This document shows positions 8,861 to 18,941 of a DNA stretch of 25,549 nt, in pieces. Position 1 is the stretch's first letter. Each line of letters starts with the position of its first letter. The position numbers and the translations under genes are program-made. The notes beneath the pieces were generated by a model, which made no database searches, was not told the DNA's origin, and saw only the letters and a program-made list of their open reading frames with translations. This DNA comes from Promethearchaeota archaeon (GTDB lineage: Archaea; Asgardarchaeota; Lokiarchaeia; Sigyniarchaeales; SOKP01), in assembly GCA_019058245.1 (NCBI GenBank), contig JAHPZJ010000016.1, positions 1 to 25,549 of the forward strand, in the 5' to 3' direction.

Positions 8861-9517
8861 ATGAGAAAAATGTCTGAAACCAGTAAATCTGAAATTGCTT
8901 CATCATATGATGCAGAGAAAAAGTCGACTATGACTCCAAAAACTCGTCTTACACTACAAATTGCAGGAGCAGCTATTTTTGGGGCATTATCCGCAATTAT
9001 TTTTCCAATTCTCTTGCCATTTATAAACCTAACTCGTGTTCCTCAAGGATTAGCTCTGTTCGATCCGATTTCAATTATTTGGATGACCTGCTTTTTAATC
9101 TTTGGTCCATTAGCGGGTATCTTATGTTGTTTTATAGGATTCATTGCATTAATCCCATTTGATACCTCTATTCCCGTGATTGGACCATTAATGAAATTAT
9201 GTGCCACACTTCCTTTAATAATAATTCCAACACTTTATTTAAAATTATATAAAAAAGAAGAAACATCATATAATAGTCTAAAATTGAAGAAACCGATAAA
9301 CTATATAGTTTCATCTATATTTAGCATAATAGTTAGGATTATTGTAATGGTAATATTAAATATTATAGTATATATTGCTTTTTTTGGTACTGAAGGATTG
9401 GAAGCATGGTTAATCTTAATCGTTTGGGTAAACGCTGTAACTAGCATCTGGGACCTATTTATCCCATATGGATTAATCTATGGTACAAAACTCAATGAAA
9501 AATTCGAAATTTGGTAA
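8861..9517 (+). CDS. Membrane protein, probable ECF transporter S-component (substrate unknown)
   Basis: About 6 hydrophobic segments; IAGAAIFGALS...FDP.......FLIFGPLAG pattern typical of S-components. Confidence 0.65.
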   Translation: MRKMSETSKSEIASSYDAEKKSTMTPKTRLTLQIAGAAIFGALSAIIFPILLPFINLTRVPQGLALFDPISIIWMTCFLIFGPLAGILCCFIGFIALIPFDTSIPVIGPLMKLCATLPLIIIPTLYLKLYKKEETSYNSLKLKKPINYIVSSIFSIIVRIIVMVILNIIVYIAFFGTEGLEAWLILIVWVNAVTSIWDLFIPYGLIYGTKLNEKFEIW

Positions 9518-9618
9518 AGATCTAATTAACTTTTTTATTTTTTAATTTATTTCACTTTTATATCTGATTTTTATCTATATTTATTCAAGTTTAAAATTTA
9601 AGTTTAATTTCTAATGAT

Positions 9619-10875
9619 ATGGAGCTAACAAAAGAGATACAAGAATTTCTTATTAATGATGCACTAGAACGTTTTTTATGCTATGTAAAAATTTGGTCTA
9701 CTTCAGATCAGAACATTAAAACTACGCCATCTACAAAAATCCAATTCGATTTAGGAAAATTATTGGTAGAGGAATTAAAGGAATTAAACCTTGAAAATAT
9801 TATTCATGATGAATATGGTTTTGTTTATGCTTATTTACCTCCAAGTAAAGGTTTTGAAAAAACCCAACCTATTGGATTTTTAGCCCATTTAGACACATCT
9901 GAATCAGTAAATGGAAAGGATGTGAAGCCTATAATACATAAGAATTACAATGGAGATCCGATATTATATGAAAAAGATAGTGAATTATCTTTAACTCTTC
10001 ATGATTCTGCCAATTTAGAGAAATATAAAGGGCTTGATATTATAACTTCTCAAGGAGATACATTATTAGGGGCTGATGACAAGGCAGGTATTGCAGAAAT
10101 TATGGCAGCATGTGCTGCATGGAATAAATTTGACGAATTAAAGCATGGACCAATATATATTTGTTTTTCACCTGATGAAGAAATTGGATTAGGAATTCAG
10201 AAAGTCGATATAAAGAAATTGGCGGAAATATGTTATACTTTAGATGGCGGAGAAATTGGTGAATTAGAATATGAATGCTTTGATGCATGGTTAGCTTTAT
10301 TCAAATTTAAAGGCTTAAATATTCATCCAGGATATGCTAAAAATAAAATGATAAATGCAATTCAAATTGCCAGTAGGTTTTTTAGTGAACTTCCTGAAGC
10401 AGAATCACCAGAGCATACAGAAGAAAGAGAAGGATATTATCATTTAACAAAATTGGAAGGGAAAGCTGAAGAGGCTACAGCAAGAATGTTAATCAGAGAT
10501 TTTGAAAGTGAAAATAATCAAAGAAGAATTAATTACTTAGAAAGTTTAAAACAAACTTATGAACTTCGGTATCCAGGATTAAATATTGAAATAGATTTTA
10601 CCCATCAATATCTTAATATGCTCAGGTATATAGAGAAAAATATTAAAGTTGTAGAGTTAGCGAAAAAATCAATTAAAAAAGCAGGATTAGAAGTAAAAAT
10701 TCATTCAATAAGGGGGGGCACTGATGGTGCCCAACTAAGTGCCCGAGGTATAACTACTCCAAATATTTTCACAGGCGGCGAATTATTTCACTCCAGAAAA
10801 GAATTTATACCAACCATTGCATTACAAAAAGCTGCAGAGGTTTTAATATATTTAGCTCAGCTTTGGATTAAATAA
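9619..10875 (+). CDS. pepT: Peptidase T (tripeptide aminopeptidase, M20B)
   Basis: AHLDT, LLGADDKAG, PDEEIG, TLDG, HPGYAK, IRGGTDG, FHS. Confidence 0.95.
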   Translation: MELTKEIQEFLINDALERFLCYVKIWSTSDQNIKTTPSTKIQFDLGKLLVEELKELNLENIIHDEYGFVYAYLPPSKGFEKTQPIGFLAHLDTSESVNGKDVKPIIHKNYNGDPILYEKDSELSLTLHDSANLEKYKGLDIITSQGDTLLGADDKAGIAEIMAACAAWNKFDELKHGPIYICFSPDEEIGLGIQKVDIKKLAEICYTLDGGEIGELEYECFDAWLALFKFKGLNIHPGYAKNKMINAIQIASRFFSELPEAESPEHTEEREGYYHLTKLEGKAEEATARMLIRDFESENNQRRINYLESLKQTYELRYPGLNIEIDFTHQYLNMLRYIEKNIKVVELAKKSIKKAGLEVKIHSIRGGTDGAQLSARGITTPNIFTGGELFHSRKEFIPTIALQKAAEVLIYLAQLWIK

Positions 10876-10894
10876 AAATAATCTTCATATCATT

Positions 10895-11153
10895 TTACAT
10901 TTTAGTTAATCTTAAAATCGTAGCTAATGCTATTTCTCCCTCCAAATTCACACATTCTTTATAATATTCTCTTTTTTGCATCCAAGATAAATTCCAACCC
11001 TCAAGAGGAATATAGTAACTATAAAAAATAACGCTAAAATTTACATTTCTTTGTTTACAGATAGTAGCTAAAACATTAACTTCTCCATTTTCCATTGAAA
11101 TACATCTCACCTTTTAAAATCAGTTCTTTATACTATTTATATAGTTCATACAT
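10895..11153 (-). pseudogene. Possible C-terminal remnant of a nucleoside phosphorylase-like gene
   Basis: 71-aa ORF beginning (V)RCISMENG resembles the G...[VD]ME motif. An upstream frame gives YELYK*YKELILKG, which would join it across a frameshift. Confidence 0.3.
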
Positions 11154-11181
11154 TTTCTGGGAATATTCAAAATAAATCAGA

Positions 11182-12426
11182 TTATTTTTTTTTTTGAATA
11201 ATTTTTGAGAAGTCAGTAAGAGAAAATATAACTATACAAATAAATAATAGAATTGATACATAAATGAATGCCCAACTATATGAAAAGAAAGCATAAATCC
11301 ATCCAAAAATAAGAGATTCTGCCATTGAGATAAGTCCAACAGATAAGTAATAATATCCATAAGCTCTGCCTCTTTTATTTTTACCTGCTAAATCGGCAAT
11401 ATAAGCTCTTGAAATTGGATCTACAGAAGCCATGTAGAATCCATAGAATATATAAATCAAAATAATTAATATCAATGAAAATAATGAACTTTCAATAGGG
11501 AATATCAAGATAAAACAAGAAAGTAGCAATATAGATAAGCCAATAATAATCACAGGTTTGCGTCCGATTTTATCTGAGAGCGTTCCAGTAATTGGAGAAA
11601 AAAACATATATGTAATATTACTTAGAAGATAAAGTAATGGTATTAAAAAAATCAATGATCCAATATAATCATTGGATCTAATAATTAGAAATGATATATC
11701 TAAACTGGCAAACTCTATTACTCCTAAAATGATAACTAATTTAATGAAATTTCTGTCGATTTCCTCAATTTTTGGTATTCCATAATATTTTAGCTTTTTT
11801 TCATCTAATTTTAATGGATCGACATCTTTCACCATTAAAATAAAAAAAATAGCAAAAACTCCAGGGATTATAGAAAAAAAGATTATGTGTGAATATGACC
11901 ATGCCCAAAAAAGAAATACAGAGGCTAAGAGGGACCCTACAACAGCTCCAAAAGTATCCATAGCTCGATGTACTCCAAAAGCTTTTCCTTTCTTAATGGC
12001 ATAATAAGATATTAATGTGTCTCTGGAAGAGGTTCTTAATCCTTTGCCAAATCGGTCAGTAGCTTTAAGTCCTAAAATATATTGCCAAGAGGGACTAAAC
12101 CCAATAAAAGGTTTTGAAATATTAGAAATAGAATATCCTGCAACCACAAATGGCTTTCTTTTATTTAATTTATCACTTAACCACCCCGAAAAACCCTTCA
12201 TAACATTTGAAAGGGCGGTCGTAACTCCAGAAATCAATCCCAAAATAAAGACTGTTCCACCAATAGAAATAATAAACAGTGGTAGAATTGATTGGATCAT
12301 TTCAGAAGAGACATCAGTAAAAAAAGAAACAAGCCCCATAATGAAGACAGGTACAGAGACGCCTAAAATCATCTTCTTTTTCTGATTAACTCTTTTCTTT
12401 GAATTATTTTTTTCAGGTTGGGACAT
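11182..12426 (-). CDS. MFS transporter
   Basis: About 12 TM segments; MFS motif A twice (GWLSDKLNKRK, GTLSDKIGRK); VSFFTDVSSEM and DRFGKGLRT motifs. Confidence 0.92.
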   Translation of the reverse strand: MSQPEKNNSKKRVNQKKKMILGVSVPVFIMGLVSFFTDVSSEMIQSILPLFIISIGGTVFILGLISGVTTALSNVMKGFSGWLSDKLNKRKPFVVAGYSISNISKPFIGFSPSWQYILGLKATDRFGKGLRTSSRDTLISYYAIKKGKAFGVHRAMDTFGAVVGSLLASVFLFWAWSYSHIIFFSIIPGVFAIFFILMVKDVDPLKLDEKKLKYYGIPKIEEIDRNFIKLVIILGVIEFASLDISFLIIRSNDYIGSLIFLIPLLYLLSNITYMFFSPITGTLSDKIGRKPVIIIGLSILLLSCFILIFPIESSLFSLILIILIYIFYGFYMASVDPISRAYIADLAGKNKRGRAYGYYYLSVGLISMAESLIFGWIYAFFSYSWAFIYVSILLFICIVIFSLTDFSKIIQKKK

Positions 12427-12475
12427 AGTAAATTAGTTATGATATTCATTCAATTATTAAACTAAATTTAATTTA

Positions 12476-12503
12476 TATCGATTACCGATATCGATATTCG
12501 ATA
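12476..12503. promoter_or_regulatory. 28-bp imperfect palindrome, candidate PadR operator
   Basis: TATCG-attac-CGATATCG-atatt-CGATA; 12 of 14 pairs are complementary. Lies between the divergent MFS and PadR genes. Confidence 0.6.
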
Positions 12504-12565
12504 ATATTAAATTTGAATTATGATTTATTAATATTATTCATTTTCAATTTTCTTTCATGTAAAAA

Positions 12566-12889
12566 ATGGGTTCACAAATTAGATCTATAAATCCCTTGAG
12601 AAGATTTCAAAAGATTTCCATATTAGTCCAAATTTTATATCATGCAAGAAAAGAACCATTTTATGGATCTTGGCTGAAAAAGAAACTAATCCAAAATGAT
12701 TATACCATTTCAGACGGAACTTTATACCCATGGTTAAATAGATTAACATTTTCTGGTCTACTATCTTTAGAAAAACGTAATGTCGAAGGAAAAATAAGAA
12801 AGTATTATTCTCTCACAGAATTTGGCAAAAAACATTTTGATAAAATTAAAGAGTATCTTAGAGAACTATATGATGAAATTATAGACTAA
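12566..12889 (+). CDS. PadR family winged-helix transcriptional regulator
   Basis: PFYGSWL, ISDGTLYPWL.RL, RKYYSLTEFG. Confidence 0.92.
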   Translation: MGSQIRSINPLRRFQKISILVQILYHARKEPFYGSWLKKKLIQNDYTISDGTLYPWLNRLTFSGLLSLEKRNVEGKIRKYYSLTEFGKKHFDKIKEYLRELYDEIID

Positions 12890-13008
12890 AATGAATATAA
12901 AAATAATACTATAGCTATTAACATAGATTTTAATATTTTTATATAAGTTTAATATTAAAGTGTGAATTTTTATTTATACCACAATATATAATATTATTTG
13001 TGACTCCA

Positions 13009-13692
13009 ATGTCAGAAGAAAAAAAAACTTTAAATGTTATTGATGAAACTATTCAAGCTGCGGAGTCTAGTTTTAAGGATTTCATTGATGTTTTAGAAAC
13101 TTCAAGAACGGCTTTAATTAAACTCGAAACAGATAAAATAGAGTTAAGTAAAGAAAAGGAAAAACTTGAGCAAGATAAAATTTTACTCGAAGAAGCCAAG
13201 AATAAATTGGAAAGTGAAAAAAAATTATTAGAGACAGAAAAGTTAAAACTAGAAGAAGAAACAAAGAAACTTGAATTAGAAAAAAATGAGAGAGACCAAA
13301 AAATAGGATCTCTAACAGAAGAACAAATGAAATTATTAGATGAGTATCAAAATGTTAAAATCGAATTAGAAAAATTTATGAAGGCGGCTGAAGAAGCTGA
13401 AAATGCAGAATTTAATTTTGAAAAAGTTCGTGCATTACTCTCAATTTATAGCGTCCTAGTTTCTGAAATTTGGCAGGGTCAACCACATTATCGTATCTTA
13501 AAAATACTTCACGGTGATAAAGAAGCTATGTCTCGAGATGAAATAAAAAATACTACGGGAATCTCCGGTGCGTTTGTTCTAAGGGCTGTTCAGGAACTTG
13601 CAAAAGTGGAGTTAGTGGATTATAATATGGATAACCAAATGGTTAAATTGAAAAAAAGATTATTCGAAAAGAAAGCTCTAGAAGAAAAATAG
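13009..13692 (+). CDS. Coiled-coil protein with C-terminal winged helix-turn-helix
   Basis: Regular heptads (K..LE.EK) over about 80 aa, then RILKILHG...SRDEIKNTTGISGAFVLRAVQELAKVELVDY. ATG at 13009; alternative GTG at 13000. Confidence 0.7.
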   Translation: MSEEKKTLNVIDETIQAAESSFKDFIDVLETSRTALIKLETDKIELSKEKEKLEQDKILLEEAKNKLESEKKLLETEKLKLEEETKKLELEKNERDQKIGSLTEEQMKLLDEYQNVKIELEKFMKAAEEAENAEFNFEKVRALLSIYSVLVSEIWQGQPHYRILKILHGDKEAMSRDEIKNTTGISGAFVLRAVQELAKVELVDYNMDNQMVKLKKRLFEKKALEEK

Positions 13693-13775
13693 AATTGAAC
13701 CTAAGGAAATTTTTTTCATTATGATTTTTTTTTCAAAGTAAATCTCTCTTTGATATCCTATACTTATAGGAATAT

Positions 13776-14192
13776 CTAATCGTTATAACTTGTTAAAAAT
13801 TTAAAAACTTTTAATAAAATAAGTAATTTCCTAATTCCACGCATTTTTACTTTACGAGTTAACCATTTTTTCCCAATACCTAATAGCGATAGATTATTCA
13901 TAGCAATAGAAAGAAAAGTATATGTGTCCATTTCTAAAAAACCCTTCCATCCTATTTTTCTTTTTTTCAAATTTGCTTTCGGTTTATTAGGTATACTCTC
14001 AACTCTTATTATTCCATCATTAATTGTAATAAGAGCAGCAAAATCTAAGTTTGAAGCGTTTAAAAGAATTTTAGTATCCACCTTTCTAAATTTTTCTTTA
14101 AATTCCTTGTTTTCATTTAAAGGTGTTAGGATACTATTGATTAGAATTGCAAAACCTCGTAACTTTTTATCCTCTTGATTTGATTCTACCAT
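13776..14192 (-). CDS. SCP2-like sterol/lipid-binding domain protein
   Basis: Pattern ALITINDGIIRV...LEMDTYTFLSIAM..LS....WLTRKVKMRG matches the SCP2 fold topology. ATG at 14192; alternative TTG at 14210. Confidence 0.6.
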   Translation of the reverse strand: MVESNQEDKKLRGFAILINSILTPLNENKEFKEKFRKVDTKILLNASNLDFAALITINDGIIRVESIPNKPKANLKKRKIGWKGFLEMDTYTFLSIAMNNLSLLGIGKKWLTRKVKMRGIRKLLILLKVFKFLTSYND

Positions 14193-14310
14193 TATATTTT
14201 TTTTGAACAATACTTATTATCTGCTTTACAGTAAAATCTAAAATCCAGAATCAGATATAATATTTGGGTTAAAAATCTTAAATAAATTTAATAGAAGAAG
14301 AAGGGAAAAT

Positions 14311-15195
14311 TTATTCTATTTGGGTTAGGTCTTCCCAATAGTCTTTTATACTCCATTCTTTATTTGTCTTTAAATTGAACGCTATTTGTGTTAGGATTTC
14401 TCTTATTCTTTTTGAATTTAGATAATGAAAATTGGGAGTTATAGCACAAATCATAAATGTTCCTTTTCCACTTTTAGGAGTTATTATTGCGTTTTCTTCC
14501 ATTTTATCAATTAATGCATAAGCATCTATTAGGTTTTTGACAATTCTCATTATAAATTGTTTTTTTTCTAGAGCTTGCTCAAATTCATAAATCTTTATTA
14601 AAGTAGAATACAATTGGGTTGTAAGTTCTTCAAGGTTAAGTGAAGGAATCAGATTTTTTGGAAAGTACTCCAATATTATAGGTCCTTCATTTTCATCCCA
14701 TCCCATTCTGAAAAGATAATAAAAGTCAGCTCTACTAAACTTTTCGAGAGATGGTTCTTCGAACTTTAAAATATCTTTAAGTTTTTCTTCGACTTTTTTG
14801 GAAGTTTTTTTAATTTCTCTACTATCTTTTATTTTTATTCTGATTTTTTCTAATAATACTTTCGGACTAAAAGGTTTTGTAATATAATCATCTGCACCTA
14901 GCATTTTTCCAAATCTTACATCATCAGGCTCTGTTTTACCAGAAAGAAAGAAAAAAGGAATTCTTGACCACTCTGTCTTTTCTGAAACCTTCATATAAAA
15001 TTCATATCCATCCATTATAGGCATTAAAATATCGCTAATTATAATATCTGGAGGTCGCTCTAGTTTTGAAAGAATTTCTAATCCTTTTTTTCCGTTCAGA
15101 GCAGTTACTAAATCATAATCATGCATATCAAAGTAAATTTCAAAATTCTTAATTAGAACATCGTCATCTTCAACTAAAAATACAAGAGGTTTCAT
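14311..15195 (-). CDS. Response regulator: receiver domain plus C-terminal longin/uDENN-like domain
   Basis: REC: EDD, phosphoacceptor D55 (SDILMP), S85, KPF (K107). The C-terminal domain starts YYLFRMGWDENEGPIILEYFP; its assignment is an inference. Confidence 0.8.
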   Translation of the reverse strand: MKPLVFLVEDDDVLIKNFEIYFDMHDYDLVTALNGKKGLEILSKLERPPDIIISDILMPIMDGYEFYMKVSEKTEWSRIPFFFLSGKTEPDDVRFGKMLGADDYITKPFSPKVLLEKIRIKIKDSREIKKTSKKVEEKLKDILKFEEPSLEKFSRADFYYLFRMGWDENEGPIILEYFPKNLIPSLNLEELTTQLYSTLIKIYEFEQALEKKQFIMRIVKNLIDAYALIDKMEENAIITPKSGKGTFMICAITPNFHYLNSKRIREILTQIAFNLKTNKEWSIKDYWEDLTQIE

Positions 15196-15362
15196 TATAT
15201 TGAGACTTTTTTCCTACATTATAATACTACTAATTATCCCTTATAATAAAAAAATAAATATTTAATATTTATGAAATCGAAATATTGTCTAGATCCATTT
15301 CTAAATATTCTATTAAAAGAATTTTCTAATTAAAAAAAGAAAACTGTACAAAATCACTTAAT

Positions 15363-16256
15363 TCATAGAGGCACAGTGATTTTTAGCTTATTTTTTAATT
15401 CTTTATAGCGTGAACGAAGAGTAACTTCTGTAATTCCTATTACTTCAACAATTTTTTGTTGGGTCACATCTTTATTTTTAATTTTAGAAGCTAAATAAAT
15501 TGCACCAGCACATAAACCTTTTGGATCTTTTCCACTGACAGAAAATCTTGCCTTAAAAGAGTTTAAAATTTTAGTTGTTAATTGTTCTATCTCTGAATCT
15601 AATTCTAGATCATTTATATATCTCGGAATAAGAGATACTGGATCAGTAGAAGGAGATTTTAAATTAAACTCCCTAATTAATGTTGAATAACTTCTTCTTA
15701 CATCTTTATCATTCGCTGATGCTTCATTAGTTATTTCTTGGAGTGTTCTTGGAAGTTGTTTTCTTCTACAAGCTAAGTATAAACATGCTGCTACCATTGC
15801 ATTAATCGATCTTCCTCGTAATAATTTTTTTTTGAAAGCTTCTCTATAAAGGCGCATAGCATCTTCTCTTACATATATAGGTAAGTTTAAATTTGTGCTA
15901 ATCCTTTTTAACTCCGTTGAGGCAATTAACAGATTTCTTTTTTGCCATGTTATACGGGTATTCCATTTAGCAGCTCTTTTTAAGTCTGGATTACTTATTT
16001 TAGATCTGTCTATAACTGTACTTAATCCCATATCTGGTAATAAAATTGAAATTGGAGCTCCAGTTTGATCCCTATTATTCTTTTCTTGATTTGTATAAGC
16101 TCTCCTCCCATTATTTGAAACATCGACATTTTTTTCATCAATTACTAATCCACACTGGTTGCATACAACATCTCCAGTTTCAGTTAATGAAATTAGTGAT
16201 CCTCCACATTCAGGACAAACATTTAAAACAATATTATTTTTAGTATTTAATCCCAT
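15363..16256 (-). CDS. tfb: Transcription initiation factor IIB (TFB)
   Basis: Zn ribbon CPEC...CNQCGLV, cyclin repeats (LLRGRS, AACLYLACR, PRTLQEI, GKDPKGL) and C-terminal TEVTLRSRYKEL. Confidence 0.96.
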   Translation of the reverse strand: MGLNTKNNIVLNVCPECGGSLISLTETGDVVCNQCGLVIDEKNVDVSNNGRRAYTNQEKNNRDQTGAPISILLPDMGLSTVIDRSKISNPDLKRAAKWNTRITWQKRNLLIASTELKRISTNLNLPIYVREDAMRLYREAFKKKLLRGRSINAMVAACLYLACRRKQLPRTLQEITNEASANDKDVRRSYSTLIREFNLKSPSTDPVSLIPRYINDLELDSEIEQLTTKILNSFKARFSVSGKDPKGLCAGAIYLASKIKNKDVTQQKIVEVIGITEVTLRSRYKELKNKLKITVPL

Positions 16257-16315
16257 TTTAATATCCTCAATAAAAGTATTTTATTTAAAATTATAAAACA
16301 ATTGTAGACCAATTA

Positions 16316-18928
16316 TTAATTCACATCCATTTTTCCAATTCTTTCAAATAACAATTTTTTGTTATTGTCAACATCAACTCTAATAATACTTTCTTCCATA
16401 AAATCCCCTTCTAATAGTTTTAATGATAATGGATTTTGTATGTAATTCTGGATTGTCCGCTTTAAAGGTCTAGCACCATAATCAGGATCATATCCTTTCA
16501 CACTTAAGAATTGTTTTGCTTTTTGAGTAAGAATAATTTTGATTTTATGAACCGACAAGATTTTATTTAAATTTTTAATTTGAATATCAACAATATCTTC
16601 TAATTGATTTTTATCTAGGAAGTCGAAAATGACAATTTCATCAATTCTATTTAGAAATTCCGGTCTAAAATAATTTTTAAGAGTTGCTAAAATTAGTTCT
16701 CGATTTTTTAAGGGATCATCATTTCTGGAATCAAGAATGTATTGACCCCCAATATTACTTGTCATAATAATAATTGTATTTTTAAAATCAACTGTATGAC
16801 CATGACCATCTGTTAGTCTACCATCATCAAAAATTTGTAATAAGATATTGAAGACTTCAAGATGAGCTTTTTCGATCTCATCAAATAAGATAACAGAATA
16901 TGGTCTTCTTCGGACTGCTTCAGTTAAGTACCCTCCTTCCTCATATCCTACATAACCAGGAGGAGCACCAATTAATCTAGCAATGCTATGTTTCTCCATA
17001 AATTCTGACATATCAATTCTTACCATAGCATTTTCGTCATCAAAAAGAAATTCTGCTAATGCTTTAGCTGTCTCTGTTTTCCCTACACCAGTTGGACCCA
17101 TGAATATAAAAGTCCCAATAGGTCTGTTAGGATCTTGTATTCCAGCTCTCGCTCTCCGAATTGCATTTGATATCTTGTTCAAAGCCTCGTCTTGTCCAAC
17201 AATTCTTTTTTTCAATCTTTGCTCCATCTTTAATAATTTCTCCCTTTCACCCTCCAACATTCTTGATACAGGAATTCCAGTCCATTGAGAAATTATTCGA
17301 GCTATATCTTCATCATCCACTTCTTGTTTTAACATGATTTTATTTTTTTGAATTTCCAATAATTCAGTATTATTTTGACTTAATTCTTTTTTCAACTCAT
17401 TAAGCACTCCATAAGTTAATTCAGCAGCCTTTCCAAGATCTCCACGTTTTTCAGCTTTTTCAGCCTCAATTTTTGTTTCTTCCATATTTCTTTTTATCTG
17501 ATTAATCTTTAAAATTAAATTTTTTTCATTATTCCATTGTAGTTTTAATTTATCGTTTTCTTCTCTAAGATTATGTAGTTCTTCATCAAGTTTCTTCATA
17601 CGCTCTATACTTGATTTATCATTCTCTTTTTTAAGTGCTTCCTTTTGAATCTCCAATTGAATGATTTTGCGTTCAATTTCGTCAATTTCAGTCGGCATTG
17701 AATCAATTTCAATTCTTAATCTTGAAGCTGCTTCATCCATTAAATCAATAGCTTTATCTGGTAAGAAGCGATCTGAAATATATCTATGCGATAATGTAAC
17801 TGCTGCAATTATTGCAGAATCTGTAATTCTTACTCCATGATGAATTTCATATTTTTCTTTTAAACCTCTAAGAATAGCTATCGAATCTTCTACTGAAGGC
17901 TCATCAACATACACAGTTTGGAATCTTCGTGTTAATGCCGCGTCTTTTTCAATATATTTCCTATATTCATCCAGAGTTGTGGCTCCAACGGCCCTTAATT
18001 CACCTCGAGCTAATGCTGGTTTTAACATATTTGAAGCATCAATCGCACCTTGTGCTGCTCCAGCACCAACTAATGTGTGTAGTTCATCGATAAATAGTAT
18101 ATATTTTCCTGAGCTCTTTTCAACTTCTTTTATAAATGCTTTAAGTCGATCTTCAAATTCACCTCTATATTTAGCTCCTGCAACCATTGCTGCTAGATCC
18201 ATAGCTAAAATATCTTTTTCTTTTAATGATTCTGGAACATCTCCACTTGCTATTCTCTGTGCTAATCCTTCTACTATAGCTGTTTTTCCTACTCCTGCCT
18301 CTCCAATTAATACAGGATTATTTTTTGTTCTACGGGATAGAATATGCATCACTCTTCTAATTTCATCATCCCTTCCTATTACAGGATCTAATTTACCAAC
18401 TCTGGCTAAATCTGTTAAATTACGGCTGTATTTTTCAATAACTTGATATTTTCCCTCCGGATCTTGATCTGTAATAGTTTGATGCCCTCTGATGGTTTTT
18501 AATGCTTGTAAAATCCTATCTTTTGTTATTCCATTTTTGTTTAGAATTGAATATACAGTAAATTCATGATTACTACTCATAGCTATTAATAAATGTTCGG
18601 TACTTAGGTATTGATCTCTCAACATATCAGCTTCTTTCCAAGCTGCATCAAATAAAGTACTTGATTCGTGAGATAAAACCACATCCATTGCTCCTGAACC
18701 TGTAACCTTCGGAATCCGCCCCATTTCATTGTAGAGATCATTTAATAAATTTTTTATATTTACTCCTAATTTTTGCAACAAAGGCGTTGTAATCCCATCC
18801 TGCTGATCAATTAAAGCAATTAATAAATGAAGAGGATCGATTTTTTGATGATCTCTCTCTTGAGCTAGAGATCTTGCTGCCATCAAGGCTTCTTGCACTT
18901 TTATAGTAAATTTATCAAATTTCATCAT
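16316..18928 (-). CDS. clpB: ATP-dependent chaperone ClpB (Hsp100 disaggregase)
   Basis: Clp N-domain, two AAA+ modules ([13 protein letters not shown] and [15 protein letters not shown]), pore loops KYRG and GYVG, a long coiled-coil M-domain, and GARPL. Confidence 0.97.
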   Translation of the reverse strand: MMKFDKFTIKVQEALMAARSLAQERDHQKIDPLHLLIALIDQQDGITTPLLQKLGVNIKNLLNDLYNEMGRIPKVTGSGAMDVVLSHESSTLFDAAWKEADMLRDQYLSTEHLLIAMSSNHEFTVYSILNKNGITKDRILQALKTIRGHQTITDQDPEGKYQVIEKYSRNLTDLARVGKLDPVIGRDDEIRRVMHILSRRTKNNPVLIGEAGVGKTAIVEGLAQRIASGDVPESLKEKDILAMDLAAMVAGAKYRGEFEDRLKAFIKEVEKSSGKYILFIDELHTLVGAGAAQGAIDASNMLKPALARGELRAVGATTLDEYRKYIEKDAALTRRFQTVYVDEPSVEDSIAILRGLKEKYEIHHGVRITDSAIIAAVTLSHRYISDRFLPDKAIDLMDEAASRLRIEIDSMPTEIDEIERKIIQLEIQKEALKKENDKSSIERMKKLDEELHNLREENDKLKLQWNNEKNLILKINQIKRNMEETKIEAEKAEKRGDLGKAAELTYGVLNELKKELSQNNTELLEIQKNKIMLKQEVDDEDIARIISQWTGIPVSRMLEGEREKLLKMEQRLKKRIVGQDEALNKISNAIRRARAGIQDPNRPIGTFIFMGPTGVGKTETAKALAEFLFDDENAMVRIDMSEFMEKHSIARLIGAPPGYVGYEEGGYLTEAVRRRPYSVILFDEIEKAHLEVFNILLQIFDDGRLTDGHGHTVDFKNTIIIMTSNIGGQYILDSRNDDPLKNRELILATLKNYFRPEFLNRIDEIVIFDFLDKNQLEDIVDIQIKNLNKILSVHKIKIILTQKAKQFLSVKGYDPDYGARPLKRTIQNYIQNPLSLKLLEGDFMEESIIRVDVDNNKKLLFERIGKMDVN

Positions 18929-18941
18929 TATTGATATCCCT

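Noticed and set aside
13130-13300. About 21-nt periodicity as a CRISPR array or non-coding repeat
   Set aside because: Degenerate and in frame, explained by coiled-coil heptads; no repeat-spacer structure.
10100-14178. ORFs 10100-10288, 12017-12385 and 13924-14178
   Set aside because: Antisense to pepT, the MFS gene and the SCP2-like gene.
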